Below are positions 54,698-64,000 of a DNA stretch of 64,000 bases, piece after piece (position 1 is the stretch's first letter; every line of letters starts with the position of its first letter). The notes under the pieces are model-generated. The model was not told the DNA's origin, searched no databases, and saw only the letters and a program-made list of their open reading frames with translations. The DNA lies in the NCBI GenBank assembly GCA_965235115.1, contig OZ249438.1, forward strand, positions 22,320,001 through 22,384,000, in the 5' to 3' direction. The position numbers were made by a program, and so were the translations under genes. Origin of the DNA: Laetmonice hystrix. Its lineage: Eukaryota.

Positions 54698-54905
54698 CCC
54701 CACCGGCCCACCAACCGGCCCACCAACCGGCCCACCAACCGGCCCACCAACCGGCCCACCAACCGCCCCACCAAACGGCCCACCAAACGGCCCACCAAAC
54801 GGCCCACCAAACGGCCCACCAAACGGCCTACCAACCGACCCACCAACCGACCCACCAACCGGCCCACCAAACGGCCCACCAAACGGCCCACCAAACGGCC
54901 TACCA
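54698..54905. repeat. 12-bp minisatellite, about 17 copies in alternating variant blocks
   Basis: Blocks of CCACCAACCGGC and CCACCAAACGGC. A (TGGC/TAGG)-type simple repeat lies nearby at about 54455-54511. Confidence 0.95.
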
Positions 54906-56379
54906 GCCCAACCCAGAATGGAAAGGAGACAACCTCTCCACTCGGCTGTCTCCTTCCTACAGACTCCTTTCCCTACCTTCCTCGTCTTCTCCGTTCTCTT
55001 CTATCGTTTGCAGTCGCTTCAGAAATTTTCTTCACATATAAAACGTTATAGAGACATAAACAGTTTCTATCTTATTCAACCCTATCGAAAGTTTAAAAGT
55101 TCCCAAAAGAATCTTTTAGTGGTTTGTAGTCTATGCAGGTTTAACTATTTATCTAGCTTTGCTGCTATTTTTTGATCCAATAAATTTGGGTCAAACTTGG
55201 CCAAATATGTTCTGTCTGGTGGAGATTACAGGGTGACTCGCTGGACCAGTGTTGTGCTAGTCTCCCTGCCGAGGTGTCCCATATCAATATACCGCCAGCT
55301 GTAAAGTGTGTATATCTACAGTACATAATGATGAAAGCTGCATGTGTCATAACAAACGCATGTACTCGGTGGCCTTGGCCAGCTCTGTGGCCGTTCTTGG
55401 CCGCCATTATCCATTCCATATCCATCTCTATGAACGCCCATCTGTATAAACTACCTGCACGACTTTCAAACGGCAACATTCTAAATGTACACAATATACG
55501 CGGGGTAACAGTCCCTTTTTACTCTCTGTATGAACTTTGATTCGCTCTCTTCAAAATCCCATCAAGCGAACAACTCTAAAACAACTTGCTTAGTTTTTAC
55601 TGCAACTCGCTGAAGAAACTATGCATCGAAGGTCGGGCACTCCGATAATCTCTGCTGGTCTCATCCAAATCTTTGCCCGTACAATCCCACAATGTAAAGT
55701 ACACACTTTTCATAATAACCGCGTGGAGGACGACTTCTCTATATTCAATGTAAAATTCAATCAATTAATTTAACACCTGAACGTCTGACTATTTAATTCA
55801 CAGATTCCTGTTTTTAAATATCTAGAACGTGCGACTACTTGTCACTATAAATCCGCCAACTGTATCAATCTTCCTTCCTCAAATTCCTACACCAAAGTTG
55901 ATTTTGTTAGTTCCTGGCATTTGCAGGTTTTAGATTATTTCCAGCATAATTAAATCCACATTTCTAGCTCCCATGTGTAAAGTGCGAATGTCATCAGGCA
56001 CATAGGGACTGAAATTCGCAGGGCAGTGTGCTGGAGGGGCCTAATTAATCACCCCAGATTGTGCTGGCCACACTTTCCCTCCACTGCGTTATTTTCCCCC
56101 TATACCAATAATCAAATCAAGAGCACTGAGTGATGGATCATATTTAGAATCATTTCTATTCTCTCGTTTTACTTTTTCTAACTTTTTCCCCATTTTTGAA
56201 GGATTTCTCTCCGGTACGTTCTTCCTCAATCCCCTCAGTTTGCGTCATGGGTATCACATTATGACAGCCAATCCTCATATAATACACTGTATCTATTTCA
56301 TGTCTCACTGAGATCTTCTGGACAAAGATTATTGTGCTCAGTTTTATGATGATTGTGATTCTCTATTTCACGGATACTG

Positions 56380-56650
56380 TATGATATTCGGTCTCTATCT
56401 CTGATAGTGAGATAATATTCGGTCTCTATCTCTCGGATGGTAACTTGATGCTCTGTTTCTATCTTTCAGATACAGATAGGATTCTCTCTCTATCTCACGG
56501 ACAGTGGTATGATGCTGTCTCTATCTCTCAGATTGTGATAGGATGTTCTCTATCTCTGAGATACTGATAGCTCTCTCTATCTCACGGACAGTGTTACGAT
56601 GGCCTCTATCTCTCGGATTGTGATTGGATGTGTTCTATGTCCGGATAGAG
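56380..56650. repeat. Old degenerate tandem repeat (about 30-bp period) built on CTCTATCTC
   Basis: CTCTATCTC(T/A) recurs about 8 times at near-regular spacing just upstream of the young 44-bp array. Confidence 0.7.
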
Positions 56651-56740
56651 ATTTTGAAGCTGGCAGGTTTCCTGCTATCCGGTGACGACAATATGTCATC
56701 ACCGATTGACACAGAATGTGCCACCCGACACATGTACATC

Positions 56741-58149
56741 AGGTCAGTTCTACTCTATGGTTACCATATCTCTAGAACCCTTATCGGTCAGTTCTACTCT
56801 GTGGTTACCATATCTCTAGAACCCTTATCGGTTAGTTCTACTCTATGGTTACCATATCTCTAGAACCCTTATCGGTCAGTTCTACTCTATGGTTACCATA
56901 TCTCTAGAACCCTTATCGGTCAGTTCTACTCTATGGTTACCATATCTCTAGAACCCTTATCGGTCAGTTCTACTCTATCGTTACCATATCTCTAGAACCC
57001 TTATCGGTCAGTTCCACTCTATCGTTACCATATCTCTAGAACCCTTATCGGTCAGTTCTACTCTATCGTTACCATATCTCTAGAACCCTTATCGGTCAGT
57101 TCCACTCTATCGTTACCATATCTCTAGAACCCTTATCAGTCAGTTCTACTCTATCGTTACCATATCTCTAGAACCCTTATCGGTCAGTTCTACTCTATCG
57201 TTACCATATCTCTAGAACCCTTATCGGTCAGTTCTACTCTATCGTTACCATATCTCTAGAACCCTTATCGGTCAGTTCTACTCTATGGTTACCATATCTC
57301 TAGAACCCTTATCGGTCAGTTCTACTCTATGGTTACCCTATCTCTAGAACCCTTATCGGTCAGTTCCACTCTATCGCTACCATATCTCTAGAACCCTTAT
57401 CGGTCAGTTCTACTCTATCGTTACCATATCTCTAGAACCCTTATCGGTCAGTTCTACTCTATCGTTACCATATCTCTAGAACCCTTATCGGTCAGTTCCA
57501 CTCTATCGTTACCATATCTCTAGAACCCTTATCGGTCAGTTCCACTCTATCGCTACCATATCTCTAGAACCCTTATCGGTCAGTTCTACTCTGTGGTTAC
57601 CATATCTCTAGAACCCTTATCGGTCAGTTCCACTCTATCGTTACCATATCTCTAGAACCCTTATCGGTCAGTTCTACTCTATTGTTACCATATCTCTAGA
57701 ACCCTTATCGGTCAGTTTCACTCTATCGTTACCATATCTCTAGAACCCTTATCGGTCAGTTCTACTCTATCGTTACCATATCTCTAGAACCCTTATCGGT
57801 CAGTTCCACTCTATCGTTACCATATCTCTAGAACCCTTATCGGTCAGTTCCACTCTATCGCTACCATATCTCTAGAACCCTTATCGGTCAGTTCTACTCT
57901 GTGGTTACCATATCTCTAGAACCCTTATCGGTCAGTTCCACTCTATCGTTACCATATCTCTAGAACCCTTATCGGTCAGTTCTACTCTATTGTTACCATA
58001 TCTCTAGAACCCTTATCGGTCAGTTTCACTCTATCGTTACCATATCTCTAGAACCCTTATCGGTCAGTTCTACTCTATCGTTACCATATCTCTAGAACCC
58101 TTATCGGTCAGTTCCACTCTATCGTTACCATATCTCTAGAACCCTTATC
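56741..58149. repeat. 44-bp minisatellite, 32 copies, with a 7-unit higher-order duplication
   Basis: Unit CAGTTCTACTCTATCGTTACCATATCTCTAGAACCCTTATCGGT. There are no indels, and each unit has an XbaI site (TCTAGA). Confidence 0.98.
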
Positions 58150-61100
58150 AACTCCGCTAGAGATGCTACTCAATATTCTTATCAACAACTTGGCGCATTT
58201 TTATTCCTCAAAATAAAATATCTTCCGTGAAAACATGGCTTAACTGGATGCTTTAACTCCGGTAATATGATCATGCAGTGCCTTAGTAAGGATTGATTTA
58301 ATTAGCAGAATGATGATTGAGCGAACTTTTCAGCCAGGGTTATTTTCACATTGATAGGATCACGTAGGAAGTATGACATCGGGATTGTTCATGAGGATTT
58401 CTCCACAACCCGGGAATGTGCAGCAGTCTTACTGACACACATGCTCTTTGCCACGCTTTAAGTGATTTTTAAACTGTAAGCTGAATTTTCCTCTTTGGGT
58501 AAAATCTCATGGAAGGGCCTTCTCATCACGTATTAACAAAAACTATAAAATCTTGACCTTATTGATGAGGTAGAAAAATCTAGGTTGAACCCATTTAAAA
58601 TGGCCCATTCCAGTTTTTTTACGAGTCTTATTAACAAACAGTAAAGGCAATTTATTTTTTTGGCAAATGCTGAGACTTTAAACATTGCGAACCCATTTTC
58701 TCCTGCAATTAAAATCCTGCCTTGTAATGCTCATTATCAAGAAGTAGGTCACGAATTTGAACTGATCTACATTCATTTCATTCTACAATGAAAACATACT
58801 GCTACTCATTTTCATGGCCACTTGAATTTTGTCACTGTGTGCATGGGTTTATTTGAAGGAGGTCGAGACCATTTTACATGACATGACAATGCCTGCACAG
58901 AGCTGAGCATCCTATTAATGAGAGAATTAATTCCGTGAAAGAAAATTCTAAAAAACAGTAGGGAGAAAGAAACACTGGTTGAAGATAAGTGTTTTTTCCA
59001 GTTGACTGGCTGTGAGGAGGCTCGTCCTGTTGGATGCCAGAGCCAATAACTAGTGAATACAACGAGTCAGTCTTTGATCTGGGGTCGGTCTCTGACGTCA
59101 CAATACGACTAACACTGTGACTTTGATCTTTGCCGCGCCATCCAGGTGTGCAAGACCACGTCTTGTCACATTTGGCGTGGTTACAATAAATGAATTTTTT
59201 TTAAAAATTGGTTAAAAGTGAACCCCGTTTGTTTGGTGGTGATTGTGCTAATTGTAGGTGGTTGCCCGGTTGACTGGTGGTTGGGTGGTTGGTGGTGGTG
59301 AGGGCGGGCAGAGCTAGGTGTACTGGACTGACCGCCATGCCGTCAGTGGCCCCCAAGGGTCAGGTTGCTCTCCATGTAACCATACCTGAATCAGGTGGTG
59401 GGTACAGGTAGGTAGACAGCGGCTGTGCTGGAGTCAGTCTGTGGTCACTCCCAGGGACCTGGACTGGGGGATTAGGGAGGAGAGAGGGAACACTATCCCT
59501 CAACCACAACCCTCACCCCTGGATACACTCTCCTTCCCTCCAACCTACTCCCCCACATCTTACATACTCTCCCACATCTTGTCCAGTATTACTTCCGGTC
59601 ATGTCATCCAACATGAGTGGGAATGAGAAAACTGAGAGGATGGGAGGGGTGGTGGTGGTTGGTGGTGGTGGGTGGTGGTGGGGCAGACAATGCCGTGTAG
59701 GTAGGCTGATACTGGCCGTACTGTTGCAGAGCGATGTCAGGCCTGCAAAGCCTTCATGACGATGATACAGCCATGATTACCTGACTCAGGTGACACCTCG
59801 ATCATGTACTGACGGCCAGTCTCCTAATGGCCATCTCACTCTGACCACTGCCTGTCCTTACCGGCCGAGGGCTTCTATTACCTGGGTCCCGGGTACTAAT
59901 TACATCCTGACTGACTCTAGCGGCGGGTGCGGCGGGTGCGGCGACAATGCGACAGACCTCTAACATTTGGTCTGTTCCGATCTGACAATAGGTGCAGATC
60001 TAGGGTCCTTGAGACTTGGCGTGAAAGGTTACTAGATCAGGGCCCGTTGTGCTCAAAGTAACCGTTCTCCCAGGGCGGCGGTCCTCCTCATTGTTTTCTT
60101 GTCTCTCCACCCCGATAACAGGCCGACATAATTGGAGTCCGAGTTGACCTTTTACTGTGGACCTTTTCCCTTGTCAGTCGCCACCACGCACGGACAGCCG
60201 CCAGCCAGCGGGTCACGTGACTGACTTCTGTCCTCAAGGTTCACACTCAGACGTCTCCACAGAAATCAGGGAGAACAAGAACCCTCACCATAATCTTACA
60301 GGTCCTATTTTAGGATTATGACGGGGGATTATGACACACGATTGACAGCCTTGGATGGCTGTTGATGTAACCTGGTGACCAGAAGGGTTTATTGTTTTAC
60401 ACAGTGATTCACTCATTGATCAGCTTGGTTTGAGTAAGTATGAGTCCCCGCGATGTTGTGACCCTGACGGAAAACTTCACCCGCAACCAGCGGTCAGCCC
60501 TTCCACGTGGCCTGAGTCACTGCCAAATGTTTCAACTTTGGACTCTGTGCAAATCCTTTCTACATCTGCAGTCCCGATATTGGAGTCAGAGGCGACTTCC
60601 TCCATTTTCCATTCGCTAAGTCCTATACGTCTACGGTCGGAGCTGTGAGTGAAGGCAATTATCAAGACAACTTGTCTGCCAATTAATAGGGAACAAGATG
60701 ATCCATATATCATCATATTCTTACTGATTCTGTTTAACGGATCATTAATCAATGTGCTTATCAGTGCATATGCATGAGTCTTGCGATCTTCGCAGGCCAT
60801 CCGAGTTCTTCTTGAAGGATGTTCTCCAAATATATGCTCCTCTCGTCATGAGACAGTGCAACAAAAATACTCACACAAATCTTGATTTATCACATGAAAG
60901 TCCCTAACCGCTGACATAATTCTTTTAAAATTTTCAGCGCATTTCCATGAGATAAATTGGCCATGCCTATATAAATATTCATATTTATGTGTATATGTTA
61001 AAAATAGCACAGGAATATATACATTATACTCTGACTCTAAGCGCTCTAAGTAAACGCCAACAGACACCCGAGTAGCTGTAAACTGATGCCAAGTAGCACT

Positions 61101-61607
61101 TATTTGCCGTCTCGTGCCAAAACCAGAGCTCCGTAACTAGATTGTGGGCATGACTCCCCCCCCCCCAAACCGTCCCCATATGGCCGGTCAGGGTCTTGCT
61201 ACAAGAACAAACTTTTCTGATAACTATATTGCACTATGGCCATGGCGCATGGCTGATTTTACTTCCCACACTCCAAGGGTCTGGTGGAAAAAATGGGACC
61301 GCCTGAAGGAGAGGGTAGAAAAACTTGAAGGTGTCCCAGATGGTGCACAGGTCGACAGGTGACATGAAAGGATCAGGTGTATGTGACGTAAGGCCTGCCT
61401 GCACGGTTCTATCATTACTTGAGAGGGGTGAACTTGGTGCGGGTGTGGGTGCGGGTGTGTATGTGGGTGGGGGTGTTTCAGGACACGGGCTGGTCACTAG
61501 ATCCGAGGAAACATTCATATTGATGCAAAAGTGCAAAACGCCACTCGTGGTCCGCCTGACTGGTTGTCGGCTGGTGGTGGTGGTGGTGGTTGTGGTGCCG
61601 CAGTGAG

Positions 61608-61620
61608 GCACTAGGGGGCG
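61608..61620 (+). promoter_or_regulatory. CTCF-like site
   Basis: GCACTAGGGGGCG versus the core CCACTAGGGGGCG. Motif match only. Confidence 0.3.
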
Positions 61621-63362
61621 GGGACTGTACCGTTTGGTGGCATGTGATAACAGCATCACCATGCCAGCTTCCTCTCATCAAGTAGCCACACCCAGGCCTT
61701 AGCTGTCCCAACTACGGCAACAACTTCGGGAATAAAGATTACATACATGACAAAAGAGTGTGACTTTAAAATTATAAATTTTATCAGGACAAGGGCCAAG
61801 AAAAAGATAGAAAAATAGTATATTGGCATCCTGATATGAATTAATACCCCTATATAGTGTGTCGGAATAAATAGTTTCCTATTTCGTTGCCTGCCGAGGA
61901 CTTTGGAAAGGTCAGCACCAAGACGGGATAAAGATCTGACGGCGGAGTCGGTGATGTTTCTTACTTGGCTTATTCAATTACTGAGGCCCGAGTATTGATT
62001 AGATAAAAAGATGGCCAGTTTGTCATCCTGATCTAGCAGACATGCCTTACGATACTTTTCCTTGTACACACAAGCTGATCTGCATGATTGTTATCAATGA
62101 CTGACTGCATTGCCAACACTGCCTTGTTTTCCTCGACGGCCCAGTTTTTTTTGTCTCCCTTCCCTCCTGCACAGCACTATTAGATTCAGTCAGGACGGTG
62201 GGATGAGTTATCGTAGAGACTGGGGGAGGGGGGTGGAGTTTCATTCATGTATGTACTCATTACTATGGCCAAGGCATGTTAATTCATTGCCATTGTATTG
62301 ATTCAAAATGTTTGCACTGGAGGATGAGGGTAAATAAACAATTACTGCTGTGTTGCTATTTGAGACGGTTTTCACATTATGACAACCCAAGTACGTATAA
62401 AAATTCCAAAGAGCCAGACTAACATTTGCATTCGATATGAATCCTTTCTTCTATATTTAGCCTGTGCACACACCGCCGTAAGGGGTATGTTGGTCACAAG
62501 GTTCTTCATTTCTACCTTAAATCCATTTTACCATTTTTTTCTTCTTTCGGGTGTTATTTATTGTTTGTTATTTTATTTTTCAGCTGTCAAAAGACATGAG
62601 CGCCTGTCAGGAGTAGAGCATGGTTGACTAGTGTTTATCGCCTACTTGCCTCCTTTTGTAGTACCAATTGTTGTTTGTTTAGAGTGACTGCAGAGCTGAA
62701 AAGGCACTGGTGTCTCTAGTGTCGCCTGGTTTGGCTGGCACCCAAGGTGGGGGAGAGAGAGTGTTGTCGGGCTGAGATGGAGGAGTGGGGTGGGGTGTAA
62801 TGAGGGGACCGTGCCAGGTAGCGGGTGCGTGGATGCAGCCCTGGCTCATTCCATAACAATAGCCGGACGTACCGTACGGAGGCCGGCCACTGGCACCCTA
62901 TACACAACCCCCCGACTGATGGCCCGCCGACCGGTCGGGCGGCCTGGCGGGCGGCGACAGACGGGGGTATAGTAACCCATCCCTCACATTGGACCCTACA
63001 CCTACAGAATTAGCTCTCCAATAGCCAGGTGGGGTTCAGCGGCGCCCTGATCTTACCCCACCCTCCCATCTCTCCCCACTTTTATCCTACCCCATCTTCC
63101 CTGCCATTATGCCCGGTGTATATAGACAACACACAAGGGGTGCTTAGGGCCCGCTGGAGACTCCAAGTTTTTGTGGCCCGTGGTATCCGGACGGGTCGCC
63201 AGCTGAGCACCCCCACACCCACACCTTCAAACCTCCGAGCTCCTGCCTGGCCGCCCTGGAGGACCGCAGAGAACGAATAGGGATATCAAGGGAGGAATTA
63301 TGGAAGAGGGATTAATGCTGAGAATGATCATTCAAACGTCAGTACCTGAGGTAGCAAATACC

Positions 63363-63400
63363 GAACACTTATAGTGTCAAAGAACACTTATAGTGTCAAA
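63363..63400. repeat. Perfect 19-bp tandem duplication
   Basis: GAACACTTATAGTGTCAAA x2. The unit contains the interrupted palindrome ACACT-TAT-AGTGT. Confidence 0.95.
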
Positions 63401-64000
63401 ATACTGGATTACTGGAGGGGACAGATGATGGCTGGACCATGGTACAGACCGGTAACTCGATTCTCAGACAGAAAGATGACAAGATGGGGTGGGGGGAATG
63501 TGTTTGGCCATGGGCCTGGGGGTAGATTGGGTTACCCTGCCCTACCATGTTGGTCAACTGGGAGATAAACAACGGTAACGCACAGCCCACTTTGACATGC
63601 TGCTTTAGTTAGCTTCTCTAACTGTGTGTTGGTAGGCAGGGAGTGGGGTTGTGTTGGGGGGAGGGGAGGGGGTTAAGTAACATCATCCATGGTATGTGTG
63701 TCCTTGGCGCGCCTGTCTGTATGGAGGACAGGTCAGGAGGCTATCTGCCCTGTCCCTGTCCTTCTAAGGTGAAGGCGGCCACCTCGGGCGGTGCCCACAG
63801 TCTGCCGCCGGTCGGTCGGTCTGGTCGGTGGGCTGGCCGGGGTGGCATGCTTCCACCGTTACATCACTCCCGTTACATATTGAAGAATGGCGCCAGTTGC
63901 CTCCACTCGCCGCTAGGATTATGTAAGCTGTCATGAAGTGGCTGACTCTGGCCAGCGTCTCCCATATGTATAAATACATGCATATCACCTCGCCATTTGC

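Noticed and set aside
1-58149. CRISPR-like appearance of the regular 39-49 bp arrays
   Set aside because: The units are head-to-tail with no unique spacers, there are no cas genes, and the context is eukaryotic.
55100-61130. AT-richer stretches (55.1-56.3, 58.2-58.9 and 60.7-61.1 kb) as decayed transposons
   Set aside because: The short protein-like frames carry no RT, integrase or DDE motif that I can recognise. A repeat-library search would be needed.
63683-63696. Possible Hox hexapeptide (minus strand IPWM)
   Set aside because: It reads IPWM rather than YPWM, has no donor after it, and I found no homeobox in the window.

Overview
This is eukaryotic, probably invertebrate animal, nuclear DNA. 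Evidence: microsatellites, poly-G/C tracts, many GT-AG splice-like signals, and no operon, rRNA, tRNA or CRISPR structure. I recognise no protein family in the ORF track. Every ORF longer than about 160 aa that I could trace is either an in-frame read-through of a tandem repeat or low-complexity GC-rich sequence. The firm content is a set of minisatellites: 44 bp at 1-569, 49 bp at 2010-2498, 39 bp at 27468-29277, 24 bp at 34021-34709, 42 bp at 53710-54330, 12 bp at 54698-54905 and 44 bp at 56741-58149. Two of these carry higher-order duplications. The best leads are: (i) a clean minus-strand recursive-splice-like site (acceptor directly followed by a donor, CAG|GTAAG) at 23455 with two downstream donors; (ii) five copies of the Pbx-Hox composite motif TGATTTATG confined to 11-25 kb, suggesting a developmental regulatory region; (iii) a possible unannotated minus-strand gene starting near a GC-box/CCAAT promoter at about 48.2 kb; and (iv) a shared core between the two 44-bp arrays. 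All exon calls are splice-signal inferences without homology support. I found no clearly novel biological system.
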